A stretch of DNA of 64,000 nt, taken from assembly GCA_024679065.1 (NCBI GenBank), contig JAGIQG010000006.1, positions 60,512,001 to 60,576,000 of the forward strand. Reading direction: 5' to 3'. Below the pieces are notes generated by a model that saw nothing but the letters and a program-made list of their open reading frames with translations, was not told the origin of the DNA and made no database searches. Below are positions 51,237-64,000 of this stretch, piece by piece (the stretch's first letter is position 1; each line of letters starts with the position of its first letter). The translations under genes and the position numbers were made by a program. The stretch comes from Sphyrna mokarran. Its lineage: Eukaryota.

Positions 51237-53842
51237 AGTAGCGCAGCTAGCTCACGTCTTGTTTTCACTTAAGCCTGCGGAGAAAGGAAAATAATGTCAA
51301 CTTTGTATCCAATCAGGGGTTTTAACTATGACTGTGAAAGATTGGTAATGAAAAATAGCATTATTTTGCATTTCACATATACGTCCATTGTTCAGAAATC
51401 AAGAGAGAAGGGAATAGAGAGAAAGAAAGAGAGACACAAAAGACTAAAAGCGAAATGAGGGAAAAAAGAGATAATGTTTTGCCTGCATTCAAAAATTCAT
51501 CTAAGTATCTAGGTAAAGCATTTCCAACTAATGTATCAGGATAGAAATTGGAAAAATTCTTATCCCCACATTCCAAATGCTTTTCAAAATCATTCAGTTG
51601 TTTTTATTTTGGACAATTCACAATTTTCTGGATTGTCCAAAATAAACCAAACAAAAAGAGTAGAACAAATAAGAATGGAATTAAATGGACCAAAGATTTC
51701 AAACCTGGCATCACTGTCTTGTTGACACTAACTGGTCTGGAAGAAATTTATTCAAATATACTTTTGTGCCAACTTTTAATTATCAATTCCAAAACAGAAT
51801 TTAATTTACATTCTGCTGAACCCTGTGTAATTGCATACCTAAAATCAACACTGCAATATATTCAACAATTAATCCATTACACATTCAAATCTTGTGTTGT
51901 GGTTGACAACTATGCAGTCTAGAACGATGTCTGCACACAAACTTACCTATCTGCCTTAGGATAACTATTAAACCAGCACCAGAGACTGCCCAATGCTACT
52001 CTGACAAGGATTACAACCTCCACGGTCTGATAATAAAATATGCTAACAAGGCAGTGTGTTCTGAAGATGCTGCAATGCAATTATCTTAAAGCAGTATAAG
52101 CAAGTACAGCTCAATCGCTGTCATATGACCTCCTGCATTTCAAGGACTATTGTAAAGAGGGCAGATCCAATACTTATTGCAAATGACACCTGGAATAGAC
52201 CTCAGGCCAGTAGAGTCAGTGGTTAATAATGTAAACTAAGTCTTTTTGAATTCATCGAATTTAGTGCTACAAAAATACATCAGGAGAAACACTCCTAAAT
52301 TGGCACAGGCCCACCTCACCCCTGACTCTCACACCCAAACTACTCTAATTCTTGAACACTAAAAAGGTATGTAAACTCAGTTCTCAAATCCCACAAATAG
52401 GAAAACATTGGCCTGGATATTTCTCCTGAGACAGGTATGTGGAGCTGGGGTCTTTGTTCCAGTGGGGAGGACATGGGGGAGGTGGAATATAATACAGGCT
52501 GCACTTCGCCACAGGGCTGCCATGTTGTAAGGGGGGGCTGCTTAAAAGGCCTATTTGATTCTCTGGGGCATATTCCCAGTTGTATCCTTAAACATTAAGG
52601 ACTTTGGTTCACACCCTCACATTCCCTCGCACGCTGCCCACTCTCCATGTGTATATATGTCAACTTGTACCAAACAATGACCCCAAACAACCTCAATGGC
52701 TTCTTATAGCCTCTATACCAACTTAATATTAACTCACGATTCTTCATCCACCTCATTGTCTATTATGGCTCCTATGGCAATTTTGTGCCAACTCACGGCA
52801 CACCTCTCTCTCTCCCTATTCCAAGCTCTTACAACATCTATGCCAACTTAACTAGTATGTACCATGGGCAGATCACAGGGGTTGTGCTGAGATGAATTAA
52901 AACAAAGTGCTAAATATCTTCACTATTTAAAAAAAACTCTCATTCATGAAAGCCCATTTAATAAATTTAAATCCTGTCAATCACTTAATCCTTTATGAAA
53001 ACAAGTATTTGTATTCATGACTCCACAAAAACAACTTTTTGAAATGTCAATCAACCTGCAAATTTATAGCAGCCTCCCCTCCCTCTTTAGGGCACTTGGT
53101 GTTATGTCATCAAACTGCTATTGAAATTGCTGGAAGAAATTTTATTTAAACTCTCAGATGAAGCCAGGTGTTATTTTGAACTTTAAAGGGCCAAGAACTT
53201 AAATACCTTGAAAACAAGGCAGTTCTGCATATGTTATGCATGCTTCAAGAGCATTTACAGTTGTTCCAAAAATCTGTAATTCAAACACAGTGGGAAATGA
53301 TACATTTTCCAGCAAAAAAAATCCACATTGAATTCAAATAGCACTGTTGAGCTTGAGTTTCCCACATGTGGGAATGACTTCCCACTACAATAGCAATCCC
53401 ATCCTTCCCCCAAAGAAAATGGTTTCTGCCAGGTGCAATGTCAGTAAAACTTGATCTGGGTCCATCCTCCATTTGATATGTCATGAAGTTTCCATGACGC
53501 AGCCAAAATCTTGGTTGCTCTTTTTCCAAATCACTACTCCTGGATTCCCAAAGAACCCTTGTTTTCTCTTCAGCAAGCTTATTCTTCCTACGGCACACAT
53601 GTACAGAAAACAAAAGGAGTGCAAAATTGTGGGTGCATGTAGTTGACATTTATATGTTTCTGCGTTTTTCCTCGAATGTATTTTTAATTCTATACTTCAT
53701 TTGCTGCAGGCACATGATCACTGTAGAAGCTGATAGCAGGGATAATCAGGAAAATGATGGCCATTTATTACCGATAGCTGGTTCTAACAATACTGGCCAT
53801 TCAAGGGCAATGTCCCACAGCTGTTAATTACACAAATATCAG

Positions 53843-53883
53843 ATTGTTATGCAAATTCCTCTAAACCCACTATGGATTTGCAT
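53843..53883. promoter_or_regulatory. Candidate Sox-POU composite site plus an inverted second octamer in intron 1
   Basis: ATTGTTATGCAAAT (53843-53856) and ATTTGCAT (53876-53883). Confidence 0.4.
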
Positions 53884-53994
53884 ATTAATGAGTTTCAATA
53901 CTACATTTTCATGTCAAACCTGAATTACAATAAAATGTTATAATAATAATGTGCTAAAATTCTGTATTCTTCACCTCACCATCGTAAGGGAAGA

Positions 53995-54460
53995 CAAACA
54001 GAGAACCTGCATTTATATAGCAGCTTCCATAATCTTACACATTTCACTACTAATTAAGTACTTGCTGTAATACAATACAGTTACAGTTGTAATGTTGGAA
54101 ATGCAATAGCCAAGATGCACACAGCAAAGCCTGACAAAAAGAAATGTGATAATGACCAAATGATATGTTTTATTTATGTTGGTTATTAAATAAATATTGG
54201 CTTGGACAACAGGAGAATTCCCCTGTACTTAGAATAGAAAATAAGACTTCTTATATCCATCTCAGAGAAAGATGATGCCATGGTTTAGCATCTCATTACC
54301 TCCAATAGTGGAAAATTCCCTCAATACTGCACTGCATTGAGATTATCTGCTCTAATGGGTCTTTTCTTATTTGTCACTTACATAAATTCATGATTCTCTG
54401 GAACGTCTTGAACCATGACCTGCTGACTCAAAGGTGAGAGTACTACCACTAAGACACAAC
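53995..54460 (-). mobile_element. SacSINE/DeuSINE-like element
   Basis: Reverse-strand Deu-like core (taaatattggcttggacaacaggagaattcccctg) and tRNA-like head. Confidence 0.7.
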
Positions 54461-54539
54461 TAAATACCTATCATATCACAAATTGCTCTTCGAAAATTCC
54501 TGAAAGTTATATCAAAGCTAGTTTGCTGGCAAGCGACAC

Positions 54540-54885
54540 TGACTAATCTCCTGCAGCTCTAAAGCCCTCTGAGTTATCCAAGTTCTCCAATTTTGGCCTC
54601 ATAAATATCACCAATTTTAACTGCCACACAACTGGCTTCAGCGAACATGGTTGTAAACATAATTTCTCTTCCTAAACTTCTCAGCTTCACTTTCTTCCTT
54701 TAAGGCACACCTTAACATTTAGGCCTTCGAACAAGTTTTTAAACATCTGCTATTTTGTATGATCTTATTTGTCCTAATATCTCCTTTTGTGGCTCAGTGT
54801 CACATTTTATTCGGTAATGTCCTTGCAAAGTGAATTGGGTCATTTTAGTTGCTCGATAAATACAAGCAGTAGTTGTGGAGGCACA
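54540..54885 (+). mobile_element. L2-like LINE 3' fragment
   Basis: tcctttaaggcacaccttaa...gaacaagttttt...tgtggctcagtgtca...ataaatacaagcagtagttg. Confidence 0.55.
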
Positions 54886-55489
54886 AAGACATGGCCCCAT
54901 CTCACCTCTAACAAAATCAGGCAGTTTTATTTCACTGTGAGAGGCCTTGGGTACAGGAACATGATGACTGAAGATCAATATGTGTGTCATGTGCAAGCAT
55001 TGCACGGTGTATTGAATTGGGTAAAGATATTCACATCCTCGGATCTGCCTTGCATGACAGGACATAATACAACTCAATTTAAAACAGTAATCAAGTATAA
55101 ACATTCCATAACAGCTTATACTGGAACAGGAAAAAGGAATGAAAGCTGTTCAAGGTTTCTACTTTTGCCATTCATAGATTATTAAGGTTCCAATTGTGAA
55201 GCATTGCTGTCACTAGGTTTATTCAACATAATGATAGCAACACATAATGGGAAATAAAAGGTTTTTTACTGCCATATCAATACACTTTTCAATGCTGTCA
55301 CTACTCCTGTGCTAGCAGATTGTTTACAATATAAGAATCACTTAAGTCAATACTCCAACATTGTGTAATATTCTAAACAATCTCTTTACAAGGCTCTACT
55401 TTAAATCAAAACTTACTTTAGATAATTCTTAGGCTGAGAATTACTGGTTGAGTTTTAAAAGATTGAAACAGCATTGCAGTAACTTAAAA

Positions 55490-55685
55490 CAACAGCTCCT
55501 AAACAGGCTGAACATTTGCATCATTGTATCTCTTCCCCTGCACTCTAGCCATGACTTTAACACTGCATTCTACACTCTCCCCTTTCCTTCTCTATATACG
55601 GTCTGTTTTGTCTGTATAGTGCACAAGAAGCAATACTTTTCACTGTATACAAACTCATGTGACAATAATAAATCAAGTCAAAAAA
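55490..55685 (+). mobile_element. Rex-like LINE 3' end
   Basis: Matches 43580-43724. Confidence 0.7.
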
Positions 55686-56825
55686 TTCCAAAGCTATTAA
55701 AATGGACTCAGCCTGTCTAGAAAACCTCAGAGACAATCACCTTGGTGGAGTGTGAATGGATCTTCTCTTGATCCATTCATAAAACATTCAATCATCTGTG
55801 TATTCAACGGGACGATGACCAAGCATTACATGTAATCACTTTGGACAATGGACTCTTGCTACATAAGAAATTCAGAACCTAATCCTGTAAACCACAGACT
55901 GGAATCAACTAGATATAACAATATTTGGGTAATTGGTCAGGTGGTGAGAAGGGAGCATGTGATGAACATAAAAGGAAGTTATTTGCTTCCAGAAATTGTT
56001 TTCTTCCAGGCCATAAGGAGAAGCAGATGAGACACTGAAGAGGTAAGACCCTGTGAGTGGCATACTCTCTCTTTCTCTTTATCCATCCTGCACGCCAGAG
56101 CCCTGTCTGCTGTCCAACCATCAAAATGATACAAGCATCACTTTACAAATTAACCCAGCAGCTGCTGTTTCAGAAGCAATGATTATCTAACAGTATCTTT
56201 AAACTACCTCGATGTCAAATCCCGAGGGACCTTTGAGCCCAATCTAAAACTATCCAAGTTATCAATCTACAAGATCTGCATATCACTAATTAATACTAGG
56301 CTTTAAAAATCTGCTTAATCTGACTCCCATGTGTGTGTGCGCGCATACGTGAGTCCATTAGTTAACATATGCATTAAAGTTGGAGTATTTTTATTATTTT
56401 CTTTAGCCTGGATGTTAAGTCCAATAACTATGATTCTTTTTCCTTTTAAAATGTTACAAGGAAACCTGTCTGTGTGTGCTTTTTATTGTCATGGCACATA
56501 AACATTTAAACACTCAATGAATTGAAATGTACATCCTTTAAAAACAATCCTGTTACAGTCAAGCACAGAGTGGGAAAAGAAAGGAGGCATTCTACTCTAG
56601 CTCACCTGACCTGTTAGTGAGGATCTGAAATCACTTGGTATCAGTGGTACTCCTGCAACACCAGTTATTCATCTTAATGTTATAAGGGCAAATACCTTTT
56701 CAAACCCAAATTTTGACATGATGGAAATCAATCTATAAAATTATACTCTGTGTGTGTTCTCTTATATCTTTCAGAATATGCTGAACGGAGTTCCCAATTG
56801 GCAGACACAGCGTGTGTGCATACTG

Positions 56826-57400
56826 TGGGGCAAATTGTGCCAGATCTATTTTGGAGCAGGTGTTACTTCCCATGCAGTGAATGGCCATTAGAGGTTGTGC
56901 AATGGTGATTTGATAACAGCGGTGCCACTTTGGAGCTTAGCACTCCAGCCAACATCTTCTCTTAACCCCGCATAGCTGAATATACGTTCAGCAACAGGAA
57001 GGACTTCACACGAGCACTATTTAAAGAAATCATCAACTATCTAGAGATTAGACGCAGTTGATTTCTCTGGCTCCTGCTATGATTTTATAAGTGCTTGGTA
57101 TTGTCCATAGTTGTTTCCAAGTTGCAAAAAGTCTCCGGCAAGTGGTGGATCTTTTGCTGACTTTAAGGCTTTGGAATTAATCAGTTACCTTCAGACATGG
57201 CCGAACTTATAGGCATTCGGGAATAGCGTATGGAATGGAGAATGAACAGAAGCCATGGAAAGCAGGACAAGATACTAGAAGCGGGGAATGGGGAAGTGGG
57301 AGAAGGGGTTTTGGCAGGAGATGCTCATCGAGGGTGTTCAGTGAGCAATTTTCTGACCTGAACCTCAGTGAGAGTCAAAATGTGGGGCATCTGTATTTCT
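56826..57400 (+). mobile_element. Harbinger 5' end with transposase N-terminal remnant
   Basis: RVFSEQFSDLNLSESQNVGHLYF; homologous to 21470-21910. Confidence 0.6.
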
Positions 57401-59169
57401 ACATTCGGTCCTCAATGAAATCTGACCCGACAGTAACTACAACTGCAGACTCCGAATAGGACAGAACTCCTATACCAATTACTGTGACAGTGATGGTGGT
57501 GATAAGCTTTCATGCGTGTGATTCCTGCCAAGTTGCATTTAGAGATAGCTGCAACATCTTATAATTTTTGTACAGATCACTGAGGCCATCCATCTGTTCA
57601 TCGGAAGCTAACCAAACTTCATTCTCTCTTTGAGAAAAGGAGGAGCAGTTGGCAGCCAGCTTGACTAATATTGCAGGCTTTCCCCTGGTGCTGAATACAA
57701 TAGACTGCACACATATTGTTTTGCCATCGCCACATATCAACTCTGAGGGAAAGGGATAGCAATGAGATTGGTTTAGATAATCTTATTGTAAAAGCAGCAT
57801 TGGTATCATACAATGGGCTGAATTACTTCCTTCTGGACTCAAATTTCTACAGAGGTTGCCTCAGTTTGGATACATAAATGATAATCTTATCCAACTTTGT
57901 ACCATAATCATTCCTCATTTAATGGAGCATTACATTAATTACAAATGAATTCTGTTCAAAAGTTATTAACCTTAATGTACTTTACTCTTTGCTTTGTTAG
58001 TATAATTAGTGAAAATTTAAGGCTATCTTCCTGGTAACCATTAGTATTCAAGGATTGCCATAGCATTTACTTTCCTCAGATGAATCTTGATTGATTCCCA
58101 AGGCCATTTTAATAAATCATCGTTCAATCATACAATCATGATTTGAGAACCATAAAATAAATTTTAAACATATAATTGGTAATATTTCCAATAGTAGATG
58201 AATTGTATTCATTAAAGAAAGTTCATCACTCATTGCCCCAAATGTCCCACTGAAGGAGCCAGAATGCCCCAGAAATTAGCATCAAGAAAGTTGAACCCAT
58301 CTTATTGGTTTCCTGCCAAAAATTCTGTACCTTTGTCTGGTGATATCCTTCCTTTCAATTGCTTGCTCAGGCTGGAGCAGATCGTTTAAAAAAAATCTGC
58401 TGTGTGCTACTTATTTCAGAGCTAGCTTTCAAATTTCATAGTCTATTCATCAATGAGGCTGTTTGTTTCCAGTACCACCCTCATCCCACCTCCAGTATCA
58501 TGAAGCCTTGTCTGTGTTTTTGTTTTTGACAGATTTGACTTTTCCAACGCTCTTTTTGCTTTCTGAGCTCTTTTTGAGTTTCTCCAGAAACAAACAGTAA
58601 CTTGTAATTTTCTGCCCACATCCCCATCTTGCACTAAGTTCTGATTGCAAATCACTTCTAACCTCACCAGTAATCTGAAATATTGAATTCAGTCATATTA
58701 TTAGTACTCTTGTTTTCTCTCTGATCCATGAAACCTGCCTTGCCACTTTTTTCCACCTTAATTTTTGTCAGCTCTGCTTCATTCTTCCACCATTCCTCAG
58801 TGTTTGTTTCCCCTCTGTGAAATACCTTACAACTTTATTCAAAAATGTTTGATAATTGTGAATAAATGCAAAACAATGATAATATTATGATAGCTAACAG
58901 AAGAGAATGTCAGAATCAGTTTCTTCCTACATTTACATCAGCAATCATCTTTCTTCGTTGGGTATCTAAACCATAAATCATTAGTCATTTCAGAAGGTAA
59001 AAGATTATAAGTATTCTCTACTATTACACCCAACCCCTATCCTCATCCTGTCCAATTGTTTCAACAACCTTTCTTCAAGAATTTCTTCAGCTCCTATATT
59101 ATTCCTCTCCTCATTCTATATCTATGGGGTGCATCTTCTTTCAACCCTTCACATCAAATAAAAACCAAT

Positions 59170-59302
59170 GCTGGAATTCTACCGCCCCACCCGCCATGAA
59201 ATTGGAGTGGGCAAGGGTCAGACAATGGAAGTGTCCGTTAACCTCTGCGGAATCTTCCGGTCTTGGGACAAGCGAGGCCATACTTGTTGTATTTAACTGG
59301 GA
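59170..59302. mobile_element. Harbinger-like MITE (401-525 family), truncated
   Basis: gctggaattctaccgccccacccgcc...acaatggaagtgtccgttaacct. Confidence 0.65.
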
Positions 59303-62300
59303 AGATTGTTTCTGGTCTTCCTCCTGTGTTAAAATTCCAACTTTAAATCACCAATAAAAAAAAAACATGACTTTCAGGCAAGGACTGTAGGAATTACTTT
59401 TTGCAGAAGATTGGGAGCAGGGGGAATGAACAGCACTTGCGCGAGAGCAGCTGAAGCTGGTGGAGGGAATGGGCTGAGAAACAGACCTCAAAGGAGATAC
59501 CACAGAATATGTTGCACAACAGAGACAGAGGTCACTGTCTAGACTTCACAGTTAAGAATTATCCCCATTAAAATTCCACTGTCATATGTGTTTTTTTTAA
59601 ATCATCACTCCACAGTGCGATTATAGTTTTAACAGTCCTTTAAAACTGTGACTAATTATACATTACTTCTCTCCCCTTCTCCCTTAATTTATTTTTCACT
59701 CGTGCAAAGCTTCTCCAGGTGCCACCTGACTTCCTTTACAAATGGTGATGGGCAACTGAACTATAAAGGCATCAACAAGACCAAACCTAATGTTGTTCTA
59801 ATCCAACAGCCACACTCAGCAGGGGTTAATGAATGATGATTGAGAGCAGAAACTCTGATCTACAGACAAATAAGACAAATGAAGTTTTGTTGCAGAGCAT
59901 GAAATTTTAAGCCAGGAACAGAAGCTGGGACCTACCTGATCTGTTTGGTTGAGTTTTCATTTAACAAATGAGCATTCAATGACATAATTCTAAGCCAGTG
60001 TTCCAGACAGTTCATACCAGTATTTATAGCTGTCTCATTTCAAGCTGCTGCAAGTCCCAGGCAGAATAACTTTCTGCTGCTTCCAGTGATTCACGCATCA
60101 CTTTATACCTAATATCCACTGGCAGTGAAATCAGTACAGAACCCAAAGTGTTGCGCTGTAGCATTAGTTTGGCATTCTATAAGCCAATCTCTGTGTTTAT
60201 ACGTACACGAGCAGATGAACACCTTTCTTTTCAATAAGTACTGTATCAATCCATCACTACACAAGCCATTCAAAAGCAGCAAGAAAAACAGAATCAATCA
60301 CACAATGGTTAATCCTCACAAGAAGTAGATAAATAGACAATGCCGCCTTTGTTACCATCTTTTGGCAGCTTCAGGCTTTCTATACATTTCGCTCGTATCT
60401 CGATCTTTTCAGAAAGTTCAAAGGATTTGAAACAAATTAAGTCAAAACAGATGACAGCTGCACTTTGGCATGTTTGGTCATTATAAAAATGTTTTTAAAA
60501 AGCATTTTTAAAGAATTAAAGAACAATCATTTATGTTTTGATCCTAGCACTTTTGAATGACACTATCAGTGGTGCAAAGATAGTTTTCATCTTACCATAT
60601 AGGTAATAGGAAGCTTCAGAGAGATCCTTTTCTACAAATCATAAGCTAGTGCAGCTGAGAGGGAAATCTGACAAGGTCTAATGCTTTATCTGGAGGGTAC
60701 AAGCATTACAATACAAAACTGTAAACCTGTCAGACACATCAGCATTATCCACTGGGCCAATATTGCTCCAGGGGTTAACACAACTTTGAAGCACAAATGA
60801 ATGTTTAAATTGAACCAACCCTCTCCTGACCTACACAACACTTTTAATAACTACACTCTAAATAGGAAACTGTCTGTTACGGCATGGTCCGTTAGATTGA
60901 AGTCCAATATCCCTGCTCTAGCAAAGAAGCTCAGTCAGCCAATCAATTCTGTTTGTAACCTTTACTGCAAATGGTCCCCCTGGGATCTCACAGGACACCT
61001 GTTCAGTTCAATTTGCTGCATTAGTAAACAGGCTAAAGAAGACAGACAGCCACTAAGAATTTTACTGGAAGGGCAGAGGACATGCTACGAGGGTCGAAAG
61101 CCCAATCAACTGCAGGGAGAGGATAGCACAATGAGCAGGGGCCTAAAGAGTGCTACGTGGAATTTTAAGATACCAGGGGTCAGGCAGGCAGGCCCTAACA
61201 ACTGGGGAGAGCTCCATAAGTACTGGCAGCGCTGATGACATCTGGGGGGGGCCCTCCATGAGTAACGAACCTCCCAAAGAGTCATGCCCTGGTGATTGCC
61301 ATCAACAAAATTATTGGTAGACTAGCCAAAGTGGTGGAGGGAAGACTTCCCATGCCAATTTTCCAGCCTTCCTGCCCTTCAGCCCATCACCAAATGGCTA
61401 GTAAAAATTCTGGGCACAGAATCAAGATGCCTGCTGGATCTGTCTTTGCACATTCTTCCTCCTTCTGCCATTTTTTTTTAACAAATCATTGTCCATTCTC
61501 TAAATCAAGCACAGAAATCATCATTTCAAGAAATACATATTTCGATTTCTGAAGTGTAAAATCAATAGTGGTATCAGGAAGGGATCTTTTTATGCCACTT
61601 CAATAATTTCTCTCAAAATCCCCCTCGGCAAGTAGGATGAAATATCCCACCTCATCAACATTTTTACAACTTGTTATACTGGTTCCTTCAGTTAATAATG
61701 GAATCTCTTTCCACAGACAACTAGGCTAAGTTCAGAAATCCAATAGCATTCTGTAGTGCTGAAACTCAAAGAGGTGTGTGTAAACAGCTCTTCAGTTTGT
61801 TTGCATTTCCACAAATTTTAATCCCAGCTTTACCTTGTGGTTTAAATGTACACAAAACACTATTTACATACAAACATGAGATCTGTTTAAAAAAAAGCAC
61901 ATGACTGGGTTTTTCAGGATGACTGCAAGGGCCTTTAAAACTAACGGGAAGGCTTGAGATGCAGACATCCTGTCCCCATTTCCGACAGGTTCCACTTCTG
62001 CTGGGAGGAGAAAGAGGGAGGGGAATGATTTACAAGAGGAGGGAAACCTGAACTTAGCAGGCCCATCTGAAGTAACTGCTAACCCTAAGGGCCTTTGCCA
62101 CAGAGTGGGAGTAAAAGTTGATGCAGTATATATAAAAGCTTCTGGAGAATGGTAAGGTCTGTTTGATGTCTTTAACAATCTGAAGTTTTTTTTTAAATCC
62201 CCTGCTCTTTAAACTGCAAAAAAGAGCTGGCTGCAGCTATCATTATTTTTTTAAAATATGCTGGGTTACTTTGATTGACAGTCAAGTTTGGGGCAAAGGG

Positions 62301-62737
62301 TGGAGTGGATAGGGGTTTGAGGTGGTGAGGACTAGAGGGCAGAAAAATCTTCTAGAACAATTGCAACTAAGTCTCAGGGAACAAAGGCAGACCTTCTGAC
62401 CAGCCTACATCAGCACTCAGTCATTCCTGTGTCCTCTTAGCATTTGTTTCAAGGTTAGCCTGGCTCAATATCATCTCATGTCCCTTAAGTCCATGGAGTG
62501 ATTCTGGGCACATGTTACTGAGGAAGGTCACATGTGTAAACATTTCCTGACTCAAGTTATTTGCCAACCAAAAGTCCTCCTGCAGTGGAAGCTGTTCCTG
62601 ATCCAGTCAGCTTATGAATACAAGCTTCAATGGTCTCCTGGAAATATGGGCTGGACTTCTCTCATTTCCTATTTATACCTAAATGGTTTTTATAGAGATA
62701 TAATGAACAGTGATACTGAGGCTTCTGATATTACCAA

Positions 62738-63050
62738 AAATAAGAAGCCTCACGACACCAGGTTAAAGTTCAACAGGTTTATTTGCAATCACAAATTTTC
62801 GAAGCTGCTTCATTAAGTGAATGGAGGTCAGTTCACAAATACAGCATATATAGGCAAAGACACAATTGCAAGATAATTACAGATTGGAATGTGAAGAATA
62901 GTTGGAATGTGAGTTTTTACATTATTACGAAACTAACAGGAGTGGTCTACTTTAAGCAATAAGCTAGAAGGTAGGTATGTATAAGACACAAGTTGTTGAA
63001 GGACAAGAATCAATACAGCTTCAAGTGAAACCACCTGATGAAGGAGCCCA
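62738..63050. mobile_element. Penelope-like element remnant
   Basis: taagaagcctcacgacaccaggttaaagttcaacaggtttatt matches the 17040 arm; cacctgatgaaggagc near 63032. Confidence 0.65.
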
Positions 63051-63539
63051 TTTCTGTGCCATCTAACATGTAATCCCGTCATTATGTAAAGCGCAGTATA
63101 AGCAAAAGTCTTTATATTTTATTTCAGTTCTGAAGTTGAACAATTAACACTATTACAGCCATTTAAGGGACAAAAAGCCTCTTCCCTTCGTGCAATATTT
63201 TCTATGATTCTGTTCTTTATTCGAAGGAGAATAAAAAGTAATGCCATTGCCTTCAACAATTAGGCAATATTTGATTTGGAGGATGACAAATGGATACATT
63301 TCAGTCTTATTCCATTCTATGTTTCGATGTAAAAATTGTTGAAAAGCATTCCTGAAGAGTGGCTCTTTAAACAACAAATGCAATTTATTCATACATTAGA
63401 ATTTTTCATTTAGTTCCTAAGTAAGCAAAACTTCAAGAGCAAGTTTCCAGTTTGAGTTGAAAGAGGCATTAATCCCTGTAACCAAAAATAAGGGATCTGT
63501 GGAACATCTTTGTACAACTATTTGAATAAAATTCAGCTT

Positions 63540-63875
63540 CAGTCACAGAATCACAAATCCCTACAGTGCAGGAGTCTGCATCAACTCTCCACAAAACATC
63601 TTACACATACCCTGCCCCTGTCCTATTCCCGTAACCTCACGATTTACCATGGCTAATCCACCTGGCCTATTTTCAACATCAAGGGGCAATTTAGATAGCC
63701 ATCCACCTAACTTGCAAATTTTTGGATTGTGGGAGGAAACTGCAACAAGAAAGACACCCATTGAAGGCATGGAGTGAATGTGCAAATTTTGCATAGACAA
63801 ACACCCAAGGCTAAAGATAAACAGGGTTTTCTGATGCTGTGAGGCAGCAGTGCTAACCACTGAGCCACCATGATG
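63540..63875 (-). mobile_element. HE1-like SINE
   Basis: Reverse-strand head catggtggctcagtggttagcactgctgcctcacagc and CR1-like tail. Confidence 0.8.
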
Positions 63876-64000
63876 CCCTAAGCCTTCATGCTTACATGCC
63901 GCCATGTACGATTATGCTGTTTTTACAGATTTGAGTTCTTATGCAAGTGTCAAAGCTGCCAGAAAAATGACTTGGCATAAAGTGCTTTCTTGTTGCACCT

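Larger units (their letters stand above)
9526..51274 (-). other. SEMA6A: Semaphorin-6A gene, partial (ATG exon through stalk exon; terminal TM/cytoplasmic exon and 5' UTR exon 1 not found in window)
   Basis: 18 spliced exons with canonical GT-AG sites and compatible phases. They translate to MKSEALLLYFSLLHFVGAGFPEDSEPISIAHGNYTKQYPVF...NSFVALN..., which matches remembered vertebrate SEMA6A rather than SEMA6B/C/D. Confidence 0.97.

Noticed and set aside
63835-63875. tRNA-like A-box sequences here and at 22260, 36190 and 38890
   Set aside because: These are SINE heads without a complete cloverleaf, not tRNA genes.
51275-64000. Possible non-coding exon 1 or promoter
   Set aside because: No CpG island or supportable exon; scattered donor-like hexamers are not sufficient evidence.

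Overview
Vertebrate genomic DNA, most likely from a shark or other elasmobranch. This is inferred from HE1-like SINEs, SacSINE/Deu-like SINEs, CR1, Rex and Penelope remnants, and Harbinger MITEs. The window holds most of a semaphorin-6A gene (SEMA6A) on the minus strand. I read 18 coding exons by hand, from the ATG exon (51137-51274) to the juxtamembrane-stalk exon (9526-9687). All have GT-AG boundaries and matching phases, giving 1939 coding nt covering the signal peptide, Sema domain, PSI domain and stalk. The set includes a 21-nt microexon and a 51-nt cassette exon. The large terminal exon (transmembrane and cytoplasmic tail) and the non-coding first exon were not found and presumably lie outside the window. 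Exon numbers follow the human gene from memory. Introns are filled with decayed transposons, and almost all ORF-track entries are spurious or transposon-derived. The most unusual feature is in intron 9: a transposon remnant carries an inverted 45/47-nt copy of part of coding exon 10 and an inverted ~78% copy of part of intron 10. The pre-mRNA could therefore fold into a nested duplex enclosing exon 10. Repeat boundaries are approximate, and family names come from pattern recognition, not database searches.
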